This document shows positions 36,079-49,258 of a stretch of DNA of 64,000 bases, in pieces. The notes beneath the pieces were generated by a model that was given only the letters and a program-made list of their open reading frames with translations, was not told where the DNA came from and ran no database searches. Both the position numbers and the translations under genes were made by a program. This DNA comes from Chara braunii (lineage: Eukaryota > Plantae > Charophyceae), in contig BFEA01000029.1 of NCBI GenBank assembly GCA_003427395.1, positions 1,361,617 through 1,425,616 of the forward strand, given 5' to 3'. How positions within the stretch are numbered: position 1 is the stretch's first letter; each line of letters opens with the position of its first letter.

Positions 36079-36998
36079 AGAGAACACAGAGTTCTCAGGC
36101 TGAAATTGAACAAATTATTGCACTTGCTGTTCTTTTTTATTGTCTTTCTGTTTGTTTTTTTGTCTTTCTGTTTTTCTTTTTTTTTAAAAGAAAAATTCAG
36201 AACCCATGTGAAATTAGCAAGTGAGATCTCAATTCGTGACAAAGCTAGACTTGCTAGTAAAAAAAAAAAAAAAAACCATCGGGGCATCGGCCTTCTTGCT
36301 TAGCTAGCACGAATCTGGTCTTGTCTTCTGGTTGTGATGTTCGTGCTCTCAAAAACCATTTTCCAGTGTGCTTTCTGTGGCTGCTCCCCTCACCTGCTCT
36401 TGCACTTGACTCAATTGCCATATTTGGTTCTGCGGTTTCATGGAAGGCCATCGGTAGCTGTTGGTCTATCACATAATATGCACTATTATGGAGGGATTTC
36501 ATTCACTGCACCACTATTGCTTTCATGCTGCTACCTCGTTTTTGTTGTCGATATAATAAGTCTACGGCCGGAGTGTGCTGCTGCTGCTTGTGCCCAGTGC
36601 GGTGGAAGTGCCCGAAATTCCAATAGAAGAAAAAGGAGAGCTGGAAGAGAGAGAGAAAGACGGACAGCCCGTAAGGCTGAAGCGTATTCAGTACTATTCA
36701 CATACTAGTAATAAACACAAACGCAAAACCAGATGGAATCAGATTGATACAATAATGTTAAGACCGCTAAAATGATATTCATGCTAGTGTCTTTAGGGGT
36801 TGTTCACCAAAGGGAAAAAAAATTGAAGTGATGAAACTTTGCACTCCAGTTTTGTCTGCCTCTGGTGATTGATATGCTGCAAGACCTCTATCCCACTCCA
36901 GGGCAGTAGTTTTGCACATTGCATTGTCCTTTTTCTTGGAGTCTTGTGTGTGCATGTGTCCATGTGCATGCATGTGTGTGCGCAAGGGGATGTGCTCT

Positions 36999-37054
<56 letters not shown>

Positions 37055-37085
37055 GCATCGTCGACTAACGCTGGAGTGTTGACAG

Positions 37086-37196
37086 TTGTATGCATGGGGC
37101 AGAGGGGAGCACGGACGACTTGGATTTGGGGAGGACAAATCCAGCAAAGTTTTTCCACAGAGAGTAACTCTCCTTGAGGGTGAAAGGATAATACAG
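37086..37196 (+). CDS. RCC1-family gene exon 11 (LYAWGRGEHGRLGFGEDKSSK...RIIQ)
   Basis: gacag| ... |gtgagg, with a GACTAAC branch point upstream. Confidence 0.95.
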
Positions 37197-38190
37197 GTGA
37201 GGTCAGCAATCCAAACAGTGTCAATCTGTTGGTTGTTTAGTCGATCGTGTGTTGAACTGTTTGTCTGTTTTTTAATTTTTTTTGTTTCTTGCCGTGTGTG
37301 TATGCACACACTTGCACACCTCTCTCTTCTAAACGAAGTTTTCGACTTGGCGCATGCCCAATGCAAGCACCAAGGAATGTTAGGCACAGTGCAGTGAAGG
37401 GGAACTACAAATCACAATCTAGTTTACATCCCATGTCATCTGCTGAAAGGAAATGGAAAAATAGTAACACACAGCTGGATAAACTACTTGGTTCTCTCTT
37501 TTTCAGGATTAAAAGAAAAGGAAAAATACAACTGCTTAAAATACAACTGCTTAAAATACAACTGCTTGGTTCTCCTTGCGTGGCACACTGATACATTCAT
37601 GTGTACGCTGTTGTTGTTGTGACGGAACTGGTTTCTGGTGGGCAAATGTCGTGGCCATATGGTTGACGATCGGGGTGGCTCTTTTTGATATGGCACCAGC
37701 TCATTAAAGGGTTTCAGGACTTCTGAGCTTATTGAAAAGGTCCTCGCAGCCTTTTGAAAGGCGCTCTGAATTGGCTTCGAAAGGGGGTGCTAAAACCCCG
37801 TTAACAGCAGTTTCAGAGGCTTAGAAAAGGGGGTGCTAAAACCCGTTAACAGCAGCTTCAGAGCAACTATTCATCAGTGGATGTGAGGAGACAAAGCGAT
37901 ACAGCCGACGGCTTTGGCAACAGAAGCTTAAGGAACTCGTCGAAACAGTAAAGATGGATACAAGTCAAAGATAAAAGAACAAGCAATGAAAAAAGCTCAT
38001 GATGGCTCAATTCATGAAATTGTAGAACATGGGGAGGGAGGTTCGTTGGACAAAGGAGAGGATAAGGAAGCGAGTGGGCTGATGGACTGATTTAGTATCT
38101 TCGGTTTGTTTGTTTGTTTGTTTGTTTGTTTGTTTGTTTGTTTTTTAAACAGAACCTCTTAGTTCTGACTCCTACCATTCTGGGGAGCAA

Positions 38191-38307
38191 CAGTCCGGTT
38201 CCTATTCCCTCCGCAAGTCCAGTCCGGTTCCTATTCCCTCCGCAAGTCCAGTCCGGTTCCTATTCCCTCCGCAAGTCCAGTCCGGTTCCTATTCCCTCCG
38301 CAAGTCA
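38191..38307. repeat. 29-bp minisatellite x4
   Basis: CAGTCCGGTTCCTATTCCCTCCGCAAGTC repeated. Confidence 0.96.
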
Positions 38308-38498
38308 ATTTGAAATACATATAAAGCTCACCCGCTCTCCTTATGGGTGGGAGGCCCGAGTAGATGGAATTGATTAATTCCCTGAGGAAGGATTTGCCCC
38401 CTCTCCCCCCTGCCTAAGTTAGCCTGTACTATTTAATCTCCCTGGCTGTTTCCAATCTGTCTAACCCCATCCCCGCTCCTCTCAGCTGTGATGCTGTC

Positions 38499-38845
38499 AA
38501 GTTTGCGTGTTATGCTAGAGTGGACTGAACCCGCTTTCTATCGTCTTCTTCTTAAACCCTAAACCCTTTCACCCTTAGTTATTCTTCCTACCCTCGAACA
38601 GTAATTAAAGTCTGGAGATCCTTTATGAGTTAAACCCCCCTGCCTCCTAACCCCACCTCTGTTTTCCTTGTAAGTTTGCGTGTTCTGCTAGAGCGGACTG
38701 AGCCCCCTTTCTATCGTCTTCTTCTTAAACCATAAGCCCTTTGACCCTCAGTTGTTCTTCCTACCCTCGAACCGTAACTGAAGTCTAGAGATCCGTGGCG
38801 AATTAAACCCCCCTGCCTCTTTCTAACCCCACCCCTGTTTTCCTC
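38499..38845. repeat. ~173-bp tandem duplication
   Basis: AAGTTTGCGTGTT.TGCTAGAG.GGACTGA at 38499 and 38672. Confidence 0.88.
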
Positions 38846-39854
38846 TACCCATCGTTACCCTCCTTTCCTCTCCTTAATCCCTACACCCTTCTGNNNNNNN
38901 NNNNNNNNNNNNNNNNNNNNNNNNNNNNNNNNNNNNNNNNNNNNNNNNNNNNNNNNNNNNNNNNNNNNNNNNNNNNNNNNNNNNNNNNNNNNNNNNNNNN
39001 NNNNNNNNNNNNNCTGCTGTTCGTCTTCCTCTTTCCTCTACAAGCTCGCTTCCTCGCTGTCTTTTCAGACTTACAGGGCCATCGCTAGTCTACCTTCCCT
39101 CTCCCTGGACTTTGACTTTATACCTGCCCTCTTGGGCCTTGCTGTCGACTTTTACTGTGGCCCCTTAACCATCGACTGTCTACTTTGCTCCCGATTTCTC
39201 TGTTCTCCATTTAAATTTCAGTTTCATCTGGACTAATGGACCACAGACCGGATAATAATGACCACTCCGGATACTCCACCTGTCTCAGCCAGGAGGCTGA
39301 AAACCATATGTTTCTGTGAAGGCTTTGCCGGTATTATGTGCTTCTCCCACATCCTTATGGTCTATAAGAAAAGTTATGGGTTGGGTTTCTGCTCGTGAAG
39401 TTACGAGGGCCAATACTGGCCGAGGTGCAAGCCCAAGAATTGACCTCGCCCCACTACATTTATCTGGACAGATTACCAGGCGAGATACTCTTGGACGGAT
39501 GGCACACTATATCTAAAAAAGTGAACGGAAAGCACGCTGTATATCTGGCTCAGTGGTCCATCAGATCACACCATGTTGCATTAAATGTTTTGGGCCTCGG
39601 AGGGGTCAGACGATTAAGCTTGTATGCTCGATCCAACAATCTCATCTCTGTATGGAATTACTGCAGAGCATGGCGCAGCCCTGCCCCGTCCAAAGGGGAA
39701 CTTCCCAAACCCCCATCTTCCCTGCCCGCCAATGGTCCCCCCCGTGGCCCNCCCCCCCCCCCCNCCCCCCCCCTCTCCCCCAGAAAAAAAAAAGAAAAGT
39801 TAATGGTTGCAATCTGGACGTCCAGGCAGGCCCTCCAGTCCGGAAGTTAAAAAT

Positions 39855-39892
39855 CTGTCTCTTATACACATCTAGATGTGTATAAGAGACAG
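39855..39892. other. Nextera mate-pair junction adapter (assembly artefact)
   Basis: Exact 38-bp mosaic-end palindrome. The ~70 bp before it are repeated at ~39966-40035. Confidence 0.98.
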
Positions 39893-40146
39893 GAGAGAGA
39901 GAGAGAGAGAGAGATGCAACATGCAGCATGCCAGTGGTTGGGAGCACAAGGGCAAGTACTAACCTAAAAAAAAAAGAAAAGTTAATGGTTGCAATCTGGA
40001 CGTCCAGGCAGGCCCTCCAGTCCGGAAGTTAAAAATAAAAATAAAAATGGTTGTTCAATGCCCAACCCCCAAAAAATTGTTTTGGGATTTCTCAACTATT
40101 TCCTGGCCCTTTCAGAAAGCCGAAGAGGGCCAGGCTGTGAATTCTG

Positions 40147-40183
<37 letters not shown>

Positions 40184-40214
40184 GAAGGCCCGGCTGTGAC
40201 TGATTCAGAGATTC

Positions 40215-40260
<46 letters not shown>

Positions 40261-41211
40261 AAGAGAGTTCACATGCTGGATACTGCCTTGAGGTAGCATT
40301 CACCCCGTCTGTAAATCTTCTGTAAGTTGAGAGAGAGAGACAGAGGGAGGGGGAGAGAAGCTGTTTTTTCTTTTTTTTTCCCCTGGAATTTTCCGGATGT
40401 CAGTCAGGCCAGACGTTGCACTCTGTCTGGGTTCGGGTCCTGCGTAACCATGATTCAAACTTTTTATTGCGGACTGGGCTGCTCTCAATGAGCGCAGTCG
40501 GACCGCGCAGAAAAAAAAAAGAAAAAAAAAAAAAGGATGTTTTGGTCCCAACCGGAATTTCGGTTGGGCTGCCTCAACCGATCCGGTCCGGTCAGATCGT
40601 GGCTGGCAGAACAGGCCGATTGCTGGCCCAGCCCTGGTCTTCACCCCATTCCGGAGTGGGCACCGGACGCTACGCCATCTTTTTCTTGGCATGCATCCAC
40701 CCATGCGACTAACTGTATAACCAGCCACATGCCCAATCACCCATCCCCACAGTCAGCAGCTCCACGAGGTATGCGTTAGACTTAGCATCCCACACACACC
40801 GTTGCTTCCCTCACTGAACTTCGTGCAGCAGTTGTTCAGGCATTGACACGCCGTGCCACTGGCCAGATTGGCCCACTTTCCAGACTACACATTTCAGCCA
40901 GTCACCCTCCTGCGAGACACCCAGCAAGCCCCACCTCAACCACACACACAGCAAGCACCACGGGACAACGTTTCTTTTATTTATCTGAATTTCCTCGTCT
41001 CTTTTGGGGGAAGCAATGCGTAACCTTTGCGAGGACTTCTTGTTTCATTTCATCACTGGCGGTTTGTCCACGTGTCATGTTTGTGTGCTCTGAATGGACT
41101 GGCTGTCTTGTGTGTTTTTTTTTTTTTTGTTGTTGTTTCAACTTTTTTCTTTGTTTGTTTTAGTCTCTGAGAACTCTTCTGTGTTTTTGTTTTTTTTTGC
41201 TTCATGTTCAG

Positions 41212-41268
41212 GTGTCATGTGGAGGCACTCACAGCGTTGCATTGACGGAAGATGGACGGGCGTACACG
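41212..41268 (+). CDS. RCC1-family gene exon 12 (VSCGGTHSVALTEDGRAYT)
   Basis: ttcag| ... |gtatac. Confidence 0.93.
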
Positions 41269-41881
41269 GTATACCTTCTTGTGCTGCCTCCCTCCCCTGT
41301 GTATATTAGGCAAAAATGGGAATGCTATCTGTATGATCCAATGTAAATCCTTGTACCGCAGGGCATGAACAACCATGACCAAGCCTTGAAACCGGCGACA
41401 GTCTCCTTGGTGTGTTGTGTGATGTGATGGCAGAGAGGGCTAGGGGGGACCATGGAAGGAGGTAGAGGTATTAGAAAATGTAGAAGTTGGTCGTCCTCGA
41501 GAGTTAGGGGTGTCTCTATGGTAGCGCCGGGGGGGGGGGGGCTCGTCTGAGACCCTCGGAAGGTGCGGGTTGGTGTATGTCTGGGTCTAGAGACAGCTCT
41601 GGGTCGCACCGCTGTAGGACTCGACTTGCGATCTGATTAGGACAAAAAAGGTTCATGAATGATGCCCCCTGGAGGAGACTGCCCTTGGGGCTGACACAAG
41701 CCTTATCTGATCTCCCCACTGCTAGAGTACAACGATAGGGACCTCCCGAGGCCTAGCATCCAGCCTCTGCTATGATCTGGACTTAAAAAAAAAAAAAAAC
41801 TACGAAAGAGAGAAAAACTTTGAAAAAGACAAATCTTGCCTACCACGATCGTACAAAACTTTCTGAGAATTATCTCAGGAC

Positions 41882-42160
41882 CTAGGCTACTAGAGTGGCC
41901 CAGGGCCACTTGCCCGGCCGGGCCAGAAAAAAGAAAAATTTAAGTTTATTAAAGTTTACTCTAAAAAACAATGGGAAAGAATTTCGATGTGACCCTGAGG
42001 CAAAAGTTGTTCAGTTTTTGTTTTTGCATAACATAGTTTTTTTGGGAGTTTTTTTTGTCTTTTTCTTTCTTTTTTTTTGCTAGGACCTTCCCTGGTCCTT
42101 GCACGGCCGGGCTGTGTCCGGGAAAATAGGGTGACCCGGGCGGCCCGGCTGGTAGCCTCG
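41882..42160. mobile_element. hAT-like MITE (CTAGGCTAC TIR), 8-bp TSD
   Basis: CTCAGGAC|CTAGGCTACTAG ... CTGGTAGCCTCG|CTTAGGAC. Confidence 0.85.
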
Positions 42161-42493
42161 CTTAGGACCTATTTATGAACCCCCCTTTTCCAATTATTCG
42201 CATGGCTTTAGACCAGGATGTAGTGCGCAAATGGCCCTTAATGTTATAAATGTGTACCTTTCATGGTGCGCAACGGTATATTGAACGATCCCTGGAGGCC
42301 GTATGTGGGAAACTGTGTCATACACTTTTTCAGAAGAAAAGATTGTGGGGTTTCTGGGATGGAGGGGGTTAGGGAGGCAAAGCGATTGGGGCCATGGGAG
42401 ACTCTCAGGGCAGCGCACTGTGTTTGGACATACTCATGTTGATGTGGCTCAGGATAGGCATGATCCAAAGGTAGCGAGGCATTTGTCAACCGT

Positions 42494-42573
<80 letters not shown>

Positions 42574-43241
42574 CTGCCCCCGTGTGTGTGTGCTTCTTTG
42601 CTGGTGCAGCTTCATCTTTTAGCTGCACCTTCATCTTTTAGCTAGGAATCTATTGTGATGGCGGTGCGAGAATCTGAGATGCAGAGCACTGGTCGTGAGA
42701 ATATGACCATGGATGTGTATTGCCTAGAATATAGTTTAATGAAGGCTATTCTATTTTGTACAAGTACATGAATGTACGTGTTCCATTGAGCTCGATACTT
42801 CTTGTTCAAATCCTACATCTGTTCGTGGTTTTGAAAGTGGAGAAGTGAATCCCTGATACAGGCAAAATGGGAATCGGCATGCGATAGGGTGGAGTTGTTT
42901 GTGCCATGATGTTGTGAAGGTCATTCATGGTTGCATGGTCTGTCCAGGGAACCATTTTTTGTGTCTTTTTCTTTGTCTTTTCGTTTGTTCATCATCATTG
43001 TCTCAGGGGTATCTTTGTCTCTGTGGCATTAGGCTCTGCCAAGAAGTGCCCTTCCAATAATTTTGTGCTGGGCAGAAGAGATCCTCAGTGGGTGCTGAGA
43101 GAATGGTGGACAGTGTTTCTGTGAGGAAGAGTTAATTTTTTTTTTTTTGTGTGTGTGTGAGAGAGAGAGCGAGAGAGAAGTTGTGGGGTGTCCTTACAGT
43201 GCTCTTGTGGGTTGTCCTCTTGTGGTATTGTGACTGAGGTA

Positions 43242-43291
<50 letters not shown>

Positions 43292-43316
43292 NNNNNNNNN
43301 NNNNNNNNNNNNNNNN

Positions 43317-43367
<51 letters not shown>

Positions 43368-43433
43368 TGGGGTGTCCTTACAGTGCTTTTGTGGGTTGTC
43401 CTCTTGTGGTATTGTGACTGCAATGTCTCACAG

Positions 43434-44093
43434 TTTGGAAGGGGTGACAATGGTCGACTTGGGTATGGATCGATGCAGACTACTGGGAACCCTCATGAAG
43501 TGGTCCCCGGGCTTTGCGAGCAAAGAGACAGTAAACATTATGACAATGGCGTGCCTGCACGTGGAACAAAAAATTGTTCTTCCTCAGATTGGAAGGTAAC
43601 ACAGATCGCAGCGGGAGGCCGTCACAGTTTGGTGCTCGCAGTTCGTCACACTCCTCATGGCGAGATCAATGGAACCAGGGAGTTCTCACCAAGTGCGAAT
43701 GGGGTAAGCTATAACGTTCGGCAGGGTAGGCGTAGTAAAGGCAGTGATGAATTAGTAGGGGTTGTAGGCGGTTATCAGGCTAGCCAGGACAGTCCTGAAC
43801 GTGGAGAGGGAAAGAAAGAGGGGGAAGATCCCACACGAGATGGTGGGCAGAGTTGCAACGGGTGTTCAGTAGCTTCGATGGATGGGAATGGGGTCGAGAA
43901 AACGGGCAACAGACCAAGCTTCAATGATTGGGTCCCGACAGTGGGCCCAGGGGCTCGTGGTGACATGATTGGGATGCCGGGTACCGTTTGTGAAGGTGCA
44001 ATTTACGTAGAACATGATGCCAATGGCAAGACATCAGGAGATACTGTACATGGTGTGGAGCAACTGAGACTGAACGAGGTGATTGAAAGGTGA
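43434..44093 (+). CDS. RCC1-family gene last exon (FGRGDNGRLGYG...IAAGGRHSLVLAV + C-terminal extension)
   Basis: cacag|TTT; open frame to TGA at 44091-44093; closes the last propeller blade. Confidence 0.9.
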   Translation, partial: FGRGDNGRLGYGSMQTTGNPHEVVPGLCEQRDSKHYDNGVPARGTKNCSSSDWKVTQIAAGGRHSLVLAVRHTPHGEINGTREFSPSANGVSYNVRQGRRSKGSDELVGVVGGYQASQDSPERGEGKKEGEDPTRDGGQSCNGCSVASMDGNGVEKTGNRPSFNDWVPTVGPGARGDMIGMPGTVCEGAIYVEHDANGKTSGDTVHGVEQLRLNEVIER

Positions 44094-46638
44094 TCGCATC
44101 GCTGTCCATTGTTATCGTTGAATACTTCCATCCACCCATTGCTACTGAGCGTGTCGAAGGACATGTAGCGAACAGCTAGGAGGTATCCAGGCTGCCACAG
44201 TTTGCCGAGTTGGCGGGCGGGCTGGTGAACGCCGCAGATTGAAATCTGCCGGGCATAACGAGTGGCAGGCGTGGGGGAACAGGTCAATGCCGCAGATGGA
44301 CGTCTGCCGGGCATTACGAGTGGCGGGCCCGGGAACAGGTCGTCACACGGACTCGTCAGGACCTTTTGGAAACATGGGGAGCCTTTTGTCCTCATGCTGT
44401 ATGCAGCGGGCTTGCTGACGAAAGATGGAGATGGAAATCTGCAGGGCCCGAGTGGCAGGTGTGCGATCAGGTCGTCAGGATGTTTTTGAAACTGGGGTGC
44501 CTTTTGCGAGGACGCATGTACAAACGGTGTCGAGCAACTGAGAGCCTGTTGGGCCGGTAACAGAGGTCGTCGTGGAGGAGAAGGATTCTATTCTGAGGAG
44601 AGGAGGATATTGAAAAGGTGAGCAGCCGCCGCTGAATACGCCCACAGTAGTTTGAGTGAGTCGAAAGGAAATGTAACGGACACAGATGAATGTAGTTGAA
44701 TACCCCCGTCCATGGTAAGCGAGCGAGTCGGACTGAAATGCAACGGATGTTGACGGATGTAGATTTGATTTGCTGCAGAGGGTAGCAAGATGTCAGAGTG
44801 GTGAATGCAACAGATGGTAGTGTGCCGGCGCCGAATGGTAGAGGCGAATGATCGGAGGTCATCAAGATCGTCACGAAGAGGTGGGTACGGCCATGACATG
44901 ACCTGTGGAGTATGACATGTGGCCCGCAGGCTGTCGCTGCAAAGGAAGGAAGTCTGGGCAATGAGCGCAAACGCCGCGAAGCCGTTTATGGGGCAGGTGG
45001 GTTAGTCATGGTGTCTGAATTAGCCCCCTTTTAAACCACCATGAGATGAGGTGGCTTTTTTTTCATGGCGACGGAAGATAAACGGTTGGAAGGCTTTTGC
45101 TGCTTCTGGAGCATCAGGTAAAGCACAGAAATGTGTGAAAATGCTTTGCTTTGCGTTGAAGGCGAAGAAAGATTGAACTGAAGACCATCTGGAGTGCGGA
45201 AAGGTTTTGCTTCCGATCGTGATGATCGGAGCGCCAAGTCTCCGAAGGCCTGGAATTGAGCTAAGAAACTTTCGGAGTGTGCTGTAGTGGGTGTTATAGA
45301 ACGACTTGTATGCGCGCTGCACAAAAGATGCACAAAAGAGATACATGTTTTGTGTTCACCACAGGATCGCATATCCATGACCAAAGCTGTCTGCAGAAGT
45401 CTGTCTGTGGTACATGAAATGCACACATGGCGGAGAGCCGCGAAGTCTTGGATGCCTTTCCAGTCCATGGTGCCAGCGTCTTCGTTCCTGTGTGCGGACA
45501 AAGATGCCTTGACTATTCGCCGGATTGCGCGTTATGGGCCCCGCACCACTACACAAGATTCTTCATGAATCTGGACAGGTCCACTGACAATGTGCATCTG
45601 GACTGATCCGGCATTTGGACCAAAGAGGGACCATTGCTGGCTCCAGAAACTTTCACAAGCTTGTGCGATGGAGCGAGTCCCTATGTGTGGAGGTCATGCA
45701 GTGTGTCGCACAACGCAAGCCGTTGCTGTGTGATTGGTGGCAGAGTGTATCCAAGAATGGATTGCTTGCCGTTTGCAGCTGGTAATGTGTTTTTCATCGC
45801 AAGCCGTTTACTTATTGGCTATGAATACCAGGTCTTCATCAATGGACTTTGCCCAAGACTTGGGCATTCTTCGTTCTCGTCTGCAGCGGCTCGGTCGATC
45901 AATGGTATATGCGTTTTGAAAGTTGGCCCTTGCTTATCCGGTGAGAGACTAGAATTGCGGAGGGGTGGAGCTCTGGTGGTAATAAGACCCCTCCAGTCCT
46001 TGTCACCCCAGAGCAGTTTTTCCGAAATGCCCCTCTCTGTGCCGTAGTATAGGAACATACATCCTCCTTTTCTTCTCCAGACGAACATGCTAAATGTAAA
46101 TAACCTTTCATTAGTACGATAAACGTTTTTTAATAAAAAACGTTTCCGGTGTTGTAATAGATTGGATCACTGGTACCATAGAGTCTTGACACTTGTAATG
46201 GAACAGGAATCTGTCCATAAGATCAGTNNNNNNNNNNNNNNNNNNNNNNNNNNNNNNNNNNNNNNNNNNNNNNNNNNNNNNNNNNNNNNNNNNNNNNNNN
46301 NNNNNNNNNNNNNNNNNNNNNNNNNNNNNNNNNNNNNNNNNNNNNNNNNNNNNNNNNNNNNNNNNNNNNNNNNNNNNNNNNNNNNNNNNNNNNNNNNNNN
46401 NNNNNNNNNNNNNNNNNNNNNNNNNNNNNNNNNNNNNNNNNNNNNNNNNNNNNNNNNNNNNNNNNNNNNNNNNNNNNNNNNNNNNNNNNNNNNNNNNNNN
46501 NNNNNNNNNNNNNNNNNNNNNNNNNNNNNNNNNNNNNNNNNNNNNNNNNNNNNNNNNNNNNNNNNNNNNNNNNNNNNNNNNNNNNNNNNNNNNNNNNNNN
46601 NNNNNNNNNNNNNNNNNNNNNNNNNNNNNNNNNNNNNN

Positions 46639-46787
46639 TTCAGTTCATTTTTCTGCATACCATGATTTGTTTTCGGAGTTTATGGATTTTTTTTTTTTTT
46701 TTTTTTTGCTGGGGCGTTCTTTGACCCTTGCATGGCCGGGCCGCCCGGGCAAACAAGGTCACCTGGGCGGTCCGACTGGTAGCCTAG
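46639..46787. mobile_element. hAT-like MITE (CTAGGCTAC family), partial next to a gap
   Basis: Homologous to 42010-42160; ends CTGGTAGCCTAG. Confidence 0.8.
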
Positions 46788-47340
46788 CCTAGCCTATTTT
46801 CTGGGGAGTCGTGTTGTGTTGATGTCAACATGATGTCTTACCGTAGACAGTGGCACAGTTCTTCGCAATGCCTTCTTTCTTTGTGTGTGTGTGTGTGTGT
46901 GTGTGTGAATGTGTGTGCGCTTGCTTGTGTTTGTGAGTGTGTGCTTGCGTATATTTGTGAGTGTATCTGTGCTTGCTTGTATTTTATTGGACATTATTGA
47001 CCTGGAGAATCATGCCTTAGGTACCCGTCTCGGTATTTTCTCGGTGAAGGGTATCATCATCATCTGCACTTTTGCGAAATCCAAAAAAAATGGATGAAGA
47101 CTAGAAGCTTGTACAGATGTTCTTTTCAAAGCTAGAAGATAAAAAAAGATTGAAATTATTATTTGCTTCAATTCTCACTAAAGCATCTTTCATTATTTCA
47201 TAAGATTTTTTTTTATCATTAATAAAAAAATTGTAATTTAATGGGTGTATCTTTTCGTTGTAAAATGAGAAATATGGATGAATAGACGATAAGACTGGAA
47301 ATATAGGTCAATAGACGATGAGACTGGAAAGCTTTGGCTA

Positions 47341-47445
47341 CCGTCTTCCCCCGAACACAACGCATCCCTATTTTGGCTGTATCTGGCCGGAAATATAGCT
47401 TGTATACATTCATTTTTAGGGTGCGTTATGTTTGGGGGAAGACTG
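47341..47445. mobile_element. 105-bp pogo-like MITE, TA TSD
   Basis: cTA|CCGTCTTCCCCCGAACACAACGCA ... TGCGTTATGTTTGGGGGAAGACTG|TAg. Confidence 0.85.
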
Positions 47446-48902
47446 TAGAGTTTTTGAACTGTAAGTCAGCCTCACTCCAGTTGGGATTAGAAGCGGAATG
47501 CGATGTGGGCTTCAGATTCTGCAGTTTTCATTCAAAGAAATGCGTGCAGTACCCATACACAAACATACACATGCACACGACCACATATATGGATCCATGC
47601 ATAGAGATGCCAACAGGGGGACGCACGCCGCCATGACACACGTACACATGCGTAAAGGCAGAGACGGACATGCACTGAGTGTAAGATGCAGATGCATGTA
47701 CGAGCATTTTGGAAACGTTTTCATAGACTGTGTGATCCCGACCTAACCCAGGTCGTCTCCGGTTGACACAGTGTACATATAGATCGATCTTTGAGCGAGT
47801 TGTAACCATCGATTGATTATCTTGACCGTATCGGTTGAATCTTGAATTATTTAAAAATTGAGGATCTTTTATATATATATCGTCAAATCTTTTATATATA
47901 TGAGTCGGTGGAACTCCGACGAAGCAGTTTGTCACAGCCCCTCGTTTGTTGTCCTCTTCTCCCTCTCTGCCTACGGTTTACCGGGCAGTTCTGTTTGACG
48001 ATATATGACGATATTGACGATATATTGACGATATATATATATGTTTCTTGTCCTCTTCTCCCTCTCTGCCTATGGTTTACGGGGCAGCTCTGTTTCATGA
48101 TATATATCGTCAAACAGAGCTGCGCGGTAAACCGTAGGCAGATTTTTTTGTTTTTTGGGGGTATTGGAAAGTTGACGACAAGTATCGTATACAAAATCAG
48201 TATTGCATACATATTACATAGTTATTCGGGGGTGAATTTGGGGGCGGAGAGGGGTGAGGAAGGAAGGAAATTGTGAATTTTGAGAAAAGGGAAGGGCGTA
48301 CACGTCTGTTGTTTTGTCTGATCACTTTTTTTTAGAAGTGGATGAATGAGTGCAAGGAAAATCTATTTTTAGAAGTGGATGAATGCAAGGAAAATCTACA
48401 TCTACATCTGATGAAATATGTCCATGTTCAGGAAATCAATCGGAGGACGGAACATTCGAAATGCATTTGAATTTTGAAATGAAATGGACCAGCTTTTTGG
48501 TGTCAGGTATTACTGTTCTTGGATGGGACAAAGGGAGGGACATGACTACAAAAATACTAAAAAGTATATAAAAAATAGTGCAATACACCATTGCAGTGGA
48601 CGGAAGCAGTTTCGTGACCAAAGAGTTTGTGGATTAGTGACAAATGCCGATATCATATATCGGAGTCGTGGATGAAATCAAAACTCTGTACATGTTTTCA
48701 AGTAACTAAAAAAACGAAAAAATAATCCTGGGTGAGAAGAGCGTGAAATTTGTGAACAAATTAGCTGGAGCTGAACTATCTACTACTTTATTTGGATAGA
48801 GAATTAAACCTTGATGACAACGGCATTGAGAAGAATGATAGGAAAAAAAAGGGCGTTCACTTGCGAGCGTTATTTTGTTGAGAGGGGGTTCGAACCGTTA
48901 AA

Positions 48903-49258
48903 ATCCGTTAAAATCAAATCGGAACCTAGAATACCAGCCGGGCCGCCCGGGTCCTGGGTGGCGAGCCCGTGCAAGGACAAAGGACGGTCCCAGCAAAAAA
49001 AAAAAAACCGGGAAAAAAACAATGTTATGCAGAAAAATAAACTGAAAAACTTTTGCCTCAGGGTCAAATCGAAATTCTTACCAAATTTCAAATCAAAAAT
49101 AGATTTAAAAATTATTTTTATTTTTATTTTTATTTTTTGGCCCGGCCGGGCAAATTACCCCGGGCCACTCTGGTAGCCTAGATCGGAACTGTATAGACAA
49201 TTAGTATCAGGCCCCTTCGCAAGGATGACACACATAAATTGAGAAATGGTCCATAATT
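48903..49258 (+). pseudogene. U6: U6 snRNA retrocopy interrupted by a hAT-like MITE
   Basis: ATCCGTTAAAAT..GGAAC [MITE] ...GGCCCCTTCGCAAGGATGACACACATAAATTGAGAAATGGTCC, then an A-rich tail. Confidence 0.85.
48926..49181. mobile_element. hAT-like MITE (CTAGGCTAC family), 8-bp TSD
   Basis: ATCGGAAC|CTAGAATACCAG ... CTGGTAGCCTAG|ATCGGAAC; inverted relative to 41882-42160. Confidence 0.9.

Noticed and set aside
37860-39310. Penelope-type hammerhead ribozyme
   Set aside because: CTGANGA-like words are present but no correctly placed GAAA with closing stems was found.
21637-44093. UVR8 photoreceptor
   Set aside because: The GWRHT tryptophan-triad motifs and the C-terminal VP motif are not evident. 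The sequence follows another RCC1 subfamily.
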